A stretch of DNA of 64,000 nt. Source: an uncultured Acidobacteriota bacterium. GTDB taxonomy: Bacteria; Acidobacteriota; Thermoanaerobaculia; Gp7-AA8. Below are positions 44,422 through 54,859 of the stretch, one piece after another. The position numbers and the translations under genes are program-made. The notes under the pieces are model-generated. The model saw only the letters and a list, made by a program, of their open reading frames with translations, did not search any database and was not told the origin of the DNA. How positions within the stretch are numbered: position 1 is the stretch's first letter; each line of letters opens with the position of its first letter. The stretch lies in NCBI GenBank assembly GCA_963822445.1, contig CAWGHO010000001.1:1472001-1536000 (forward strand), written 5' to 3'.

Positions 44422-45798
44422 ATGCGCAACACATTTCTGTTGATGACGACGGCGTTGTTCGCGGTTGCCTGTGCGAGCTCGTCCGTTGCGCCACAACCCG
44501 TCCCCGCGGCATCGGCCGTCGCCGCCGCGGAGGATGTCCATGCCGCCGAGTTCCGCAAGGAGCTCGAAGAGGCCTACACCCACATCCTGGCCCGCGTCGA
44601 CACGAAGGCCGTTCCCGTCGATGCCCCGGTCGTCGACATCGAGGCCGCCGCGTCGATCCCGATCCCCCAGCACCGGACCATTGATTCCGCAGTCCGTCTG
44701 TTCAGCGGCGACATGAAGGACAGCATCCAGACCTCGCTGATCCGTTCCGGCCGCTACAAAGAGCTGATCGACAAGGCCCTCGCCGAGCACCAGCTGCCGA
44801 AAGGGCTGGCCTATCTGCCGGTCATCGAGAGCGCGTATCTCCCCAATCTCACCTCGCGCGTCGGCGCGCACGGCATCTGGCAGTTCATGCCCGACACCGC
44901 CCGCGAGTACGGCCTGCGCGTCGACTGGTGGGTCGATGAGCGCGCGGATCCGGAGCGCTCCACCCGGGCCGCGGCGCAGTACCTCAAGGACCTCCACCGG
45001 ATGTTCGACGACTGGGCGCTGGCTCTCGCGGCGTACAACTGCGGTCCCGGCCGCGTGCGCCGCAAGCTCGCCGAGACCGGCGCGTCGACGTTCTGGGAGC
45101 TGCTCGAACAGAGCGCACTGCCGAAGGAAACCCGCGGTTACGTCCCGACGTTTTTCGCGACGCTGCTCATCGCCAGCGATCCGGCCACGTACGGCTTCGA
45201 GCTCGGCGAGGCGGTCGAGTTCGATCACAAGCGCGTCGAAGTTCGCGGCCCCGTCTCCCTGGCCTACATCGCCGAGACCACCGGTGTCGACGAGGACGTA
45301 CTCCGCGAGCTGAACCCCGCGTTCCGCCGCGCCGTCGTCCCGCCTGGCCGGGCTACGGTTCGCGTACCCGCGAAAGCAGCGGAAACGCTCGCCGCCGTCG
45401 CCGACTCGATCCGCGACGAAGACGCGCGGATGAAGGTCTGCACGTTCAAGCTGCGCAGCGGCGACAACCTCAAGAGCCTTGCCCGCGCCATCGGCACCAA
45501 GCCGGAAACAATCCTGGCCATGAACAACCTCGACGCGAATGACACCGTTCGCGCCGGCGAGACGATCTACCTCCCCGTCCGCGCCCGCGAGCTCGGCGCC
45601 CTCCTCGCCCACAGCAACGACAGCGATTACTTCTACGCCGTCCGCAAAGGCGACACGCTCTACTCGATCGCCAAGAAAAACGGGCTGACTGTCAGCGAGC
45701 TCCGCGAACTGAATGAACTGGGTGCCGGCGTGAAATTGCGGACCGGGATGAGGTTGCGGGTTGCCGCGCCGCGCACTGCTGCTGCCGGCGGCATGTAG
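44422..45798 (+). CDS. mltD: LysM lytic transglycosylase lipoprotein
   Basis: Lipobox AVAC; IES, GIWQFM, AAYNCG and ETRGYVP motifs; LysM repeats. Confidence 0.9.
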   Translation: MRNTFLLMTTALFAVACASSSVAPQPVPAASAVAAAEDVHAAEFRKELEEAYTHILARVDTKAVPVDAPVVDIEAAASIPIPQHRTIDSAVRLFSGDMKDSIQTSLIRSGRYKELIDKALAEHQLPKGLAYLPVIESAYLPNLTSRVGAHGIWQFMPDTAREYGLRVDWWVDERADPERSTRAAAQYLKDLHRMFDDWALALAAYNCGPGRVRRKLAETGASTFWELLEQSALPKETRGYVPTFFATLLIASDPATYGFELGEAVEFDHKRVEVRGPVSLAYIAETTGVDEDVLRELNPAFRRAVVPPGRATVRVPAKAAETLAAVADSIRDEDARMKVCTFKLRSGDNLKSLARAIGTKPETILAMNNLDANDTVRAGETIYLPVRARELGALLAHSNDSDYFYAVRKGDTLYSIAKKNGLTVSELRELNELGAGVKLRTGMRLRVAAPRTAAAGGM

Positions 45799-45800
45799 TC

Positions 45801-45883
45801 GTTACGGGGTTCCGAGGTTACGGGGTTACGAGGGAGTTCCCCACCCGTAACCCCGCAACCCCGTAACCTCGTAACCCCGCAAC
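45801..45883. repeat. Inverted octamer tandem-repeat hairpin (GTTACG[G/A]G)n
   Basis: GTTACGGG GTTCCGAG GTTACGGG GTTACGAG, then five CCGTAACC-type copies. Confidence 0.9.
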
Positions 45884-45907
45884 TACCTGTGCTAGTTTCC
45901 CCCTCCC

Positions 45908-48668
45908 ATGCCCGAAAGCAGCTCCGACTACAAAAAAACCCTCAACCTCCCGCAAACGACGTTTGCGATGAAGGCCAACCTGCCGCAGAACGAGCCCAAG
46001 CGGCTCGAGCAGTGGCGGGCGATGAATCTCTACGAGCGCATCCGGGAAAAGTCCGCCGGGCGGCCGAAGTTCATCCTGCATGACGGACCGCCGTATGCGA
46101 ACGGGCGGATTCACATCGGCCACGCCCTGAACAAGACCCTCAAGGACATCGTCGTGAAGTCGCGGACGATGCTCGGCTTCGACTCCCCCTACATCCCGGG
46201 CTGGGATTGCCATGGCCTGCCCATCGAGCACGCCGTCAACAAGGAGCTCGGCTCGAAGCGCAACGAAATGTCCTCTGCCGACATCCGCCGCGCCTGCCGT
46301 CAATTCGCTGCGAAATACATCGACGTCCAGCGCGAGGACTTCATCCGCCTCGGCGTCTTCGGCGACTGGGACCATCCCTACACCACGATGTCCTTCGATT
46401 ACGAAGCCGACATCGCCGATGCGCTGGGGCGGTTCTTCGAGACCGGCGCGGTTTACAAAGGCCTCAAACCGGTGCACTGGTGCACGTACGACCAGAGCGC
46501 GCTCGCCGAAGCGGAGGTCGAGTATCGCGATCACACCTCGCCGTCGATCTACGTCCGCTTCCGCATGCAGGAAGAAGCGATCAAAGAGCTCGACCTGCCG
46601 ATCGAGAAGCCGCTTTACGCCGTCATCTGGACGACGACGCCCTGGACATTGCCCGCGAACCTGGCCATCGCCGTCAAACCGGAGTTCGAATACGCGATCG
46701 TCGAGCACGACGGTGAGAACTACATCCTGGCCAGTGAGCTCGTCGCGCAGGTCGCGCCGAAGTTCGGCTGGACCGATTACAAAGTCGGGAAGCTTTACAA
46801 AGGCGCGGCGCTCGAGCATCTCCGCTACACGCATCCCTTCATCGAGCGCGAAGGCTTCATCGTTACCGGCGACTACGTGACCCTCGACGCCGGCACGGGC
46901 CTCGTCCACACCGCACCGGGCCACGGCGCGGACGACTTCGCGACCGGCCGCCGCTACGAGCTCGAGATCTACACGCCCGTCAATCACCGCGGCGAGTTCA
47001 CCCAGGACGTTCCGTTCTGGGCGGGCACGCACGTGTTCAAAGCGAATCCGAAAATCGTCGAGCACCTGCAGCGAGACCGGCGCGCTCGTACACAGCGAGC
47101 AGATCACCCACTCCTATCCGCATTGCTGGCGGTGCAAGAACCCGATCATCTTCCGCGGCACGGAGCAGTGGTTCATCTCCATGGACCAGAACGATCTGCG
47201 CCGGCACGCCCTCGAAGAGATCGACAAAGTGCAGTGGGTGCCGGCCTGGGGCCGCGACCGCATCTACGGCATGATCGAGAACCGCCCCGACTGGGTCATC
47301 TCCCGGCAGCGTTTGTGGGGCGTGCCGATCACCGTTCTGTATTGCGAGCAGTGCACCGAGCCGGTGACGTCGCCGGAGCTCTTCGCCAACGTCAGCAAGT
47401 ATTTTCGTGAAGAAGGCGCCGACGCCTGGTACGAGCGGCCGACGACCGACTTTCACAACGAGCCTTGCACCAAGTGCGGCGCCACGGCGTATCGCAAGGA
47501 AACGGACATCCTCGACGTCTGGTTCGACTCCGGTTGCTCGCACCTCGCCGTCCTCAAACGCCGCGAAGAGCTGGAATGGCCGACCGACGTCTACCTCGAA
47601 GGCCACGATCAACACCGCGGCTGGTTCCACTCGTCACTGCTCGTTGGAACCGGCATCGAGAAGGGTGCGCCGTATCGCGCGGTCGTGACCTGCGGCTTCA
47701 TCCTCAACGAGTCGGGCGACAAGATGTCGAAGTCGAAAGGCGATGCCCTCTCGCCGCAGGACGTGATCAAGCAGAGCGGCGCGGACATCCTCCGGCTCTG
47801 GGTCTCAGTCAGCGACTACACCGACGACATCCCCTTCGGGCCGCAAATCCTCACCCGAGCCAGCGATGGCTACCGCAAGATCCGCAACACCGCGCGCTAC
47901 CTGCTCGCCAATCTCAGCGATTTCGATCCGGCGAAGGACGCGCTTCCAAACGAGGAGCTGCTTCCCATCGATCGCTGGATCCTCGACCGCGCCACCCGTG
48001 CCGTCGATCGCTGCCGGCAGGCCTACGAGGAGTACGAATTTCACGTCGTCTACCACCGAATTCTCGAGCTCTGCACGGTCGATCTGTCGTCGATCTACCT
48101 CGATGCCTCGAAGGACACGATGTATTGCGACGCACCGGCCTCGCGCGAGCGCCGTAGCGCGCAGACGGCGATGTATCACGTGCTCCGCGGCATCACCGCG
48201 GCCATCGCGCCCATCCTCACCTTCACCGCCGACGAGATCTACGAGGCGATGCCCGGCGAGAAGGAAGCGTCGGTGCATCTGACGGAGATCCCGAAGCTGA
48301 ACGCGACGATCTCCGCGGAAGACGCAGGTGCCTGGACCCGGCTCCTTGCGTTGCGCGACTCGGTCATGGCCGTGCTCGAGCCGGCGCGCGCGGCGAAGGA
48401 GATCGGTCAGTCGCTCGAAGCGGACGTCACGCTGAATGAAGACGTGGACTGGGTTCCGAAAGGCGTCGACCTGGCCAAGCTCTTCATCGTGTCGCACGTC
48501 GATGTGGTGAACGACGCCGCAACGGCTGTTTCGTGGACGAAAGCGCGCGGACGGAAATGCGGCCGCTGCTGGCAATACCGCGAAGAAGTCGCGGTCGAAG
48601 GCGATCTTTGCGCGCGCTGCCAGAAAGTCGTCGACGAGCTCGCGCCCGCCGAAATGCCGACCGCGTAG
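45908..48668 (+). CDS. ileS: Isoleucine-tRNA ligase (one +1 frameshift near 47070, probably an artefact)
   Basis: [27 protein letters not shown] and KMSKS motifs; C-terminal CGRC...CARC. Confidence 0.95.
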
Positions 48669-48712
48669 CAATCGCGTCTGTTACATTAGCCATTCAAGAA
48701 GGAGAAACGAAA

Positions 48713-48916
48713 ATGGCTATCAAAACCAAAGCGATCAAGAAGGCTGCGGGCAAAGCGTACGACGACGCAAAGGAAGCTGCAGGATCCGCGGTGAAGTCGG
48801 TGAAGAAAGCAGCCAAACCGAAAGTGAAAGCGGTCAAGAAAGCGGTGAAGAGCGCCACCAAGGACGCTTTGAAGGCGACCGCGAAAACCCTGAAGAAGGC
48901 AGCAAAGAAACTCTAG
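48713..48916 (+). CDS. 67-aa Lys/Ala-rich histone-H1-like protein
   Basis: AAGGAG RBS; extended -10 TGTTACATT; KKAAK repeats. Confidence 0.75.
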   Translation: MAIKTKAIKKAAGKAYDDAKEAAGSAVKSVKKAAKPKVKAVKKAVKSATKDALKATAKTLKKAAKKL

Positions 48917-48917
48917 T

Positions 48918-49733
48918 TTGCGCTTCGCCGACCTCCATACCCATACCTACCATTCGGACGGAACGCGCGCACCGAAAGAGGTCGTCGACGTCGCGCGCGC
49001 TCACGGCATCACCATCCTCTGTATCAGCGACCACGACAACCTCGCCGCGTACTTCGAGATCAAGAAGTACGCGGACGAGGTTGGGGTGTTGCTCGTCCCC
49101 GGCATGGAGCTCTCCTGCGAATACGAGGGCATCGACATCCATGTCCTCGCCTACGCCTTCGACGCGAATGACGAGCGCATCGCCGATCGCCTGCGCGGGT
49201 TTCGCGAGACCCGCCAGCACCGCGGCGCGATCATCGTCGACCGCCTCCGAGCCCTCGGCTACAACATCTCCCTGACGCGCGTCGAAGAGCTCGCGGCCGG
49301 TGGCTCGCTCGGTCGCCCTCACGTCGCCCGCGCGCTGGTCGAGGCGCGCTACGTGAAGTCGGTGTCCGAGGCGTTCGATAAATTGCTCGGAACCGGGAAG
49401 CCCGGATATGTCGAAAAAGAGCGCTTCCGCATCGCTGAGGCGGTCACGCTGATTCGCGCGGCCGGCGGAGTCACGTCGATCGCCCATCCGACGTTGTATC
49501 CGAATCACGAGACGATCGTCCCGCTGCTGCTCGATGCCGGAATCGACGCCGTCGAAACGATCCATCCCGACGTCGATCCGCTCAATCGCGAGAAGTACAC
49601 GAACCTCGTCCGCTTCCGCGGCAAATTCGCCACCGGCGGCTCCGACGACCACGGCGCGGTGAAGAAGGTCGAGACCCTCGGCACGATTCGTGTTCCAGAG
49701 ACGATGATCCAGCCCTTGTTGGACCGTCTCTAA
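48918..49733 (+). CDS. PHP-domain phosphoesterase (YciV/TrpH-like)
   Basis: DLHTHT..SDG, SDHD, GRPH, AHP and GGSDDHG motifs. Confidence 0.9.
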   Translation: MRFADLHTHTYHSDGTRAPKEVVDVARAHGITILCISDHDNLAAYFEIKKYADEVGVLLVPGMELSCEYEGIDIHVLAYAFDANDERIADRLRGFRETRQHRGAIIVDRLRALGYNISLTRVEELAAGGSLGRPHVARALVEARYVKSVSEAFDKLLGTGKPGYVEKERFRIAEAVTLIRAAGGVTSIAHPTLYPNHETIVPLLLDAGIDAVETIHPDVDPLNREKYTNLVRFRGKFATGGSDDHGAVKKVETLGTIRVPETMIQPLLDRL

Positions 49734-49749
49734 CGTCGGATCGTCTCTG

Positions 49750-51009
49750 ATGCTTCGTCCTCTCTTCTTTTCTCTGCTCTTCCTCGCCCTGGTCGGTGAC
49801 GCGCGGATCTTTCTGTTCGTGCTGAACCGCCTCGTCTTCGGCGCCCATCGCGAAGAGAAAGCGAAGCTGCACTGGCTGATGTACGCCGTTCCGCCGCTGC
49901 TGCTCTTTCTCACGCTGCTTTTCCTGCCGCTGCACGAATGGATTGCCGATCTGTCCGACAACCGTCTGGTCGATCGCATCACCCCCGAGCCGATCGAGCG
50001 GGTGTGGCAGGCGTTCTGGACCTACGTCGGCCCGGCCTGGCTGTTCATCGCCGCGGGCGTCGGCCTTTATTGGCTGATCGATCGCGTTCGCGTGCTGGTG
50101 TTCCCGGCTTCTGCCGTCGCCGGAACGAAGACATTCGTGCCGACGGTGATCCGCGCGCGGATCCGCGCGGAAGAACGCGAGCCGCAGGTATCGACGCTGA
50201 AGCGCATCGCCCGCGCGGTCGGCGCTCACAACGACGTTTACGATTTCGAGATCACGCAACACGAAGTTGCGATTGCGAGTCTGCCCGCATCCTTCGATGG
50301 CTATCGCATCGCGTTCCTCACCGACACTCACGTCGCATCCTTCATGCGGCGCGATTTCTACCGCGCCGTCGTCGCCCAGGCGAGCGCCTTCGATCCCGAT
50401 CTCGTCCTCCTCGGCGGCGACTTCGTGACGTGGGAGCGGCACATCCCGCTGATGGCCGAGGTGCTGCTGACCGATCTTCAGGCCCGCGATGGCATTTACG
50501 CGGTCCTCGGCAATCACGATTACTGGGCGAATCCGAAGGCGGTCATGGAAGCGATGACGGCGCGCGGCGTTCAGTTCATCGTCAATCGCTCCGTCGCCAT
50601 CCGCCGCGGCGACGAGATGATCTCGCTCCTCGGGATCGACGAGGTCTATCGCGGCCATCCGGACCTCGACGCCGCCTTCGCCGGCACCGATCCGAACCTC
50701 CCCTGCCTCGGCCTCAGCCACCATCCCGACATCATCGACAGGCTCGACGGATGGAAGCTCGATCTGCTCGTGTGCGGCCACACCCACGGCGGACAGATCC
50801 GCTTTCCGTTCTTCGGCTCGGTGATCGTCCCGTCGAAACACGAGAGCCGTTACGCGAGCGGATTTCAGCGGGTGGGGGACGTGTTGCTGTACGTCAGCCG
50901 CGGAATCGGGGCCATCCCGCCGGTGCGCATTCTTTGCAGACCGGAACTGGCCACCTTCACCCTGCGGCGGTCTCTCAATGACGACAAAACTCTCGGAGGT
51001 CTGGCCTGA
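49750..51009 (+). CDS. Membrane-anchored metallophosphoesterase (YkuE/YaeI-like)
   Basis: TDTH, GGDF, GNHD, GHTHGGQ and VSRGIG motifs. Confidence 0.9.
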   Translation: MLRPLFFSLLFLALVGDARIFLFVLNRLVFGAHREEKAKLHWLMYAVPPLLLFLTLLFLPLHEWIADLSDNRLVDRITPEPIERVWQAFWTYVGPAWLFIAAGVGLYWLIDRVRVLVFPASAVAGTKTFVPTVIRARIRAEEREPQVSTLKRIARAVGAHNDVYDFEITQHEVAIASLPASFDGYRIAFLTDTHVASFMRRDFYRAVVAQASAFDPDLVLLGGDFVTWERHIPLMAEVLLTDLQARDGIYAVLGNHDYWANPKAVMEAMTARGVQFIVNRSVAIRRGDEMISLLGIDEVYRGHPDLDAAFAGTDPNLPCLGLSHHPDIIDRLDGWKLDLLVCGHTHGGQIRFPFFGSVIVPSKHESRYASGFQRVGDVLLYVSRGIGAIPPVRILCRPELATFTLRRSLNDDKTLGGLA

Positions 51010-51899
51010 TCTCGAGCGCGTTGCTCGCGCCGAGGGAGTGCTGCATCTGGGAGCGAGTGACGTCGAGGATGCGCATGCGGCGATGTTCGCGGAGTGGATC
51101 GAGCGCGGACATCACGCGTCGATGTCCTACCTCGCCAGGAACGCGGCCATTCGCGCGAATCCCATCGAGCGGTATCCATGGGCGAAGTCGGTAATCTCCA
51201 TCCTCGTACCCTACGCGAGCGAGCGGCCGCACGCGCCAGAAGACGCGCTCAGTCATCACATCGCCCGCTACGCCCTCGGTGACGATTACCACGACGTCCT
51301 CGATCGCATCCTGCGCAAGGTTGAAGAGGCATTGCCGGGCGTGAAGACCTGGCGGTACGTCGATACGGGTCCGCTCTCCGATCGTGCCTACGCCGCGCAG
51401 GCCGGCCTGGGATGGATCGGCAAGAACGGCATGCTCATTCACGAAGAGCATGGCTCGTACTTTTTCATCGGAACGTTGCTGACCGCGCTGGAGAACGACA
51501 TCAGCGCGGTGACCGTCGCCGATCGCTGCGGCGCCTGCACGCGCTGCCTCGACGCCTGTCCCACGAACGCCATCCTGCCCGATCGCACGATCGACGTCGC
51601 ACCAATGCATCAGCTACGCGACCATCGAGCATCGCGGCGAGCTCGATGAGCGGATCGCAGACAGGCTCGAGTCGAATGCCTTCGGCTGCGACATCTGCCA
51701 GGAAGTCTGCCCCTGGAACCACGCGCCCGCTGCCGCACACCCCGCCTTCGCGGCTCGCGAGGAATACCGCGCGACGCCGGTCAGCGACCTGCTCCGCTTC
51801 GGCCAGGCCGAGTTTTCGACGCTCTTCCGCAAGAGCGCGGTGAAGCGGGCCAGGCTCGCGGGGATGCAGCGGAATGTGCGACTCTTGTCGCGTCGATGA
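50978..51899 (+). CDS. queG: Epoxyqueuosine reductase (one +1 frameshift near 51596, probably an artefact)
   Basis: DYH, VDTGP, GWIGKN and CGACTRCLDACPT; after the shift CISY...GCDICQEVCPWN; stop overlaps the next ATG. Confidence 0.9.
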
Positions 51900-52672
51900 G
51901 CCACGACGCTCCGCCGCCCGACTGCCTGAACTGCAACGCCGCACTGCAAGGACCTTTCTGTCACGCCTGTGGGCAGAAAGCAGTCGCGCCGCTGGTCAGC
52001 GTCCATGACTTCGTTCATGAGGCGACGCATGAGTTCCTGCACCTCGACGGGAAGATTCTCAACACGATCAAGCTGCTCGTCCTGAAGCCGGGGCAGCTGA
52101 CGCGGGAGTTCATCGAAGGACGCCGGGCGCGGTACATCGGGCCGATTCGCGTCTATCTCACGTTCAGCGTGATTTTCTTCGCGCTGGCCGCCATCGTCCC
52201 GGGCGCGCGCGAGTCATTCATCAAAGTCGGGCCGACGAACAGCCTGCCCGCGACGGTTGCCGAAGAGGAACGCCAGGCCGACAAGATCCGCGAGACGCTG
52301 ATGCACAACATGCCTCGCGCCGCGTTTCTGCTGATGCCCGCGTTCGCGTTTCTGACCTGGCTCTTCTACCGCCGCGCGCAGCCGTACTACGTTCCTCATC
52401 TCTACTACTCGATCCACTTCCACGCCTTCGCCTTTCTGATGCTTTCCATCGCCATGCTCCTCGGCCTCCTCGGCCGCAGCGGGAAACTGTTCGGCAGCAT
52501 CGCCTTCCTCACCGTCTTCCCCTACCACTACATCGGCCTGCGGCGGATGTTCGGCGACTCGCGATGGAAGACGTTCGGGAAAGGCACGGCCATCGGCGTT
52601 CTGTACTGGATCGTGCTCGCGCTCACGATGGCGGCGCTGACCTGGGGGACGATGCGAGCGATCCCGAAATGA
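51896..52672 (+). CDS. DUF3667 membrane protein
   Basis: CLNC...FCHACGQ, PGQLTREFIEGRR and TM helices. Confidence 0.85.
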   Translation: MSHDAPPPDCLNCNAALQGPFCHACGQKAVAPLVSVHDFVHEATHEFLHLDGKILNTIKLLVLKPGQLTREFIEGRRARYIGPIRVYLTFSVIFFALAAIVPGARESFIKVGPTNSLPATVAEEERQADKIRETLMHNMPRAAFLLMPAFAFLTWLFYRRAQPYYVPHLYYSIHFHAFAFLMLSIAMLLGLLGRSGKLFGSIAFLTVFPYHYIGLRRMFGDSRWKTFGKGTAIGVLYWIVLALTMAALTWGTMRAIPK

Positions 52673-52673
52673 G

Positions 52674-53096
52674 CTACTTCTTCGCCCGCGGTTCCGAATG
52701 GAACGCCTTGCTCACGACCTGCCACTTGCCGTCGATCTTCAGCAGCAGCATGTAGTCGGTGAACACCGCCGCCGGGTAATCGAGCTTCAGCTTGGCCACG
52801 GCGGCGTTGCCGGTGATGTCCACCATCTCGATCGTGCGTTTGCGCTGGGCCTCGTCCGCCGGCGCGTTGCCTTTCAATGCGGAAACGTACTCGTCGCGAG
52901 TGCGGGTCATGAACGCGCCGTCCTTCACCCACAACATCTTCCACTCCGGATGAAACGCCTCGAGCAGCGGCGAGCCCTGACCGGTGGCGTGGGCCTCGAA
53001 ATACTTCTCCACGGCGGCGCGCACGAGGGCCTGATCGTTGTCCTGCGCGAAGAGCGGCGTGGTCAGAAGGAGGGCGACGAGGATGGCGGTCTTCAT
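52674..53096 (-). CDS. Exported NTF2-like (lumazine-binding family) protein
   Basis: Signal peptide; AFHP...FTDYMLLLKIDGKWQVVSK. Confidence 0.85.
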   Translation of the reverse strand: MKTAILVALLLTTPLFAQDNDQALVRAAVEKYFEAHATGQGSPLLEAFHPEWKMLWVKDGAFMTRTRDEYVSALKGNAPADEAQRKRTIEMVDITGNAAVAKLKLDYPAAVFTDYMLLLKIDGKWQVVSKAFHSEPRAKK

Positions 53097-53112
53097 GACC
53101 GCAGAGACTAAC

Positions 53113-54114
53113 TCAACGCAGCGGCAGCTCGAACGCGCGTCCGACGATGGTCGGGTCGACCGAGCGGTCGAGGTACTCCCACACGGCCAGCGCGTCGGGA
53201 TGATGCGCGATCGGCGGAGCGATCTCGCGGGTCTGGGGATCGTTGATGATCAGACGCGCGCGGCGGTAGTAGTGCATCGCTTCTTCGGGATTCAGGCGGA
53301 GCTCTTCGCGCACGCCCTGAATGAGCAGGTATTGCTCGGCGGGGACACCCGAGGCTTCTAGCGCGGCGTATTGCGGGGCGAGCTGGCGCGCGCGGGCGCG
53401 GATGATCTTCAGCTTGAGCCGGAGCGATTGCGTGTCCAGCGCCGCGCGAACGAGCTCGCAGAGCCGGCCGATCGCCAGCCGCAACTGCTCGGGCTTCTCG
53501 TTGACGTACAGGCCCGCGCGATAGCTTCGGGTGGTGCTGCCGGTGATCGCCTTCACCGTCGTCCACATCACTTCACCGGCGACGGCGAGTGAGATTTCGG
53601 ACTGGGGAACGCTGAACGACAGGATGGCCGTGGATCCGCGCAAAGGCTCCGCTGGCAGCTCGATGCGCGCGCCGCGCGCGGAGAGATTTTCGATGTGAAC
53701 GGGCTGGCCGTCGAACGTCGCGGGCAGCGACGGGGACACGAAGAAACGATCGGTCGAGCGGAGCTCTTCGATCCGGTTGGAGCGGTTCGACGTCTGCAGC
53801 TGCGCGATCAGCGAGCTGAGCACTTCCGGAGATCCATATGTCCGTGCTCCGGACACGAAACGCCCTGCCGAGCCATGTTCCGGCTGGCTCCAGACCACCA
53901 CCGCCTCGATGCTCACCGGCGAGGGACGGCCGTCCACGGACAGCTTGAGCAGGGACTTCATCCCCGTTTCGAGCGGCTTGTCGTGACGGAACCGCGCTCC
54001 CTTCGCCGAGATGTCGCAGATGGCGACGGGGGAAGTGCCGAACGTCGCCGCCAGCGGCGGGGCGAGCAGAAATCGCTCCGCCGTTCGGAGATTGCGAGCC
54101 GTGGCTTCGTGCAT
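53113..54114 (-). CDS. Tandem PilZ-domain protein
   Basis: RTAER...DISAKG and RSTDR...NLSARG; start is uncertain. Confidence 0.8.
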   Translation of the reverse strand: MHEATARNLRTAERFLLAPPLAATFGTSPVAICDISAKGARFRHDKPLETGMKSLLKLSVDGRPSPVSIEAVVVWSQPEHGSAGRFVSGARTYGSPEVLSSLIAQLQTSNRSNRIEELRSTDRFFVSPSLPATFDGQPVHIENLSARGARIELPAEPLRGSTAILSFSVPQSEISLAVAGEVMWTTVKAITGSTTRSYRAGLYVNEKPEQLRLAIGRLCELVRAALDTQSLRLKLKIIRARARQLAPQYAALEASGVPAEQYLLIQGVREELRLNPEEAMHYYRRARLIINDPQTREIAPPIAHHPDALAVWEYLDRSVDPTIVGRAFELPLR

Positions 54115-54214
54115 TGTCGGAGTTGAGGACAGCTTACGCTCGATTTGGACCTGTTGAAAGCGTGTCGCTTGGTGTAACACCAGCGCCATCGGCCTTTTGT
54201 GATATCGCTCACTT

Positions 54215-54859
54215 ATGGATCGCCATTTCGACGTCATCACCTTCGACTGTTACGGTACGCTCATCGACTGGGAGTCCGGGATCGCCGACGCCTTCCGCGC
54301 GGCTGGTCTCGAACGCCCGCGCCACGACATCCTTCGCGCGTACGAGGAGATCGAGCCGGTCGTCGAGAGCGAGCGCTATCAGCTTTATCGCGACGTCCTC
54401 ACCGAGACCGCGGTCCGCGTCGGCTCGGCCCTCGGATGGCAAACGGACGGCGCCTTCCTGCCGGACTCTCTTCCCGACTGGAAACCGTTCCCCGACACGA
54501 ACGCGGCCCTGGAGCAACTCGTGGCCGGCGGTTACCGCCTGGGCATTCTCTCGAATGTCGACGACGTGCTGATCGCCGCGACGCGCCGCCACTTCACCGT
54601 CGACTTCGATCTGATCATCACCGCGCAGCAGGTCCGTTCCTACAAACCGGCGCCGGCGCACTTCCTCGCCGCGCGCGAGGCGATCGGCAACGCCCGCTGG
54701 CTGCACGCCGCCCAAAGCAACTTCCACGACATCGTCCCCGCCAACAACCTGGGAATCCCCACGGCGTGGGTGAACCGCCGCGGCGATACCGCCCTGCCGG
54801 GCGGGACGCCGACGTATGAGGTCAAGAATCTAACCGCGCTTGCGGAGCTATTGGCTTAA
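54215..54859 (+). CDS. HAD hydrolase (haloacid dehalogenase type II-like)
   Basis: FDCYGTLIDWE, LSN and YKP motifs. Confidence 0.9.
   Translation: MDRHFDVITFDCYGTLIDWESGIADAFRAAGLERPRHDILRAYEEIEPVVESERYQLYRDVLTETAVRVGSALGWQTDGAFLPDSLPDWKPFPDTNAALEQLVAGGYRLGILSNVDDVLIAATRRHFTVDFDLIITAQQVRSYKPAPAHFLAAREAIGNARWLHAAQSNFHDIVPANNLGIPTAWVNRRGDTALPGGTPTYEVKNLTALAELLA

Noticed and set aside
45908-48668. ileS (also queG and the sigma54 activator) as pseudogenes or programmed frameshifts
   Set aside because: ileS is normally essential, all motifs are intact, there is no slippery sequence, and the insertions fit a two-allele consensus error.
54175-54189. sigma54-like TGGCGCTGGTGTTAC (minus) upstream of the PilZ gene
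   Set aside because: The conserved G of the -12 element is replaced by A.
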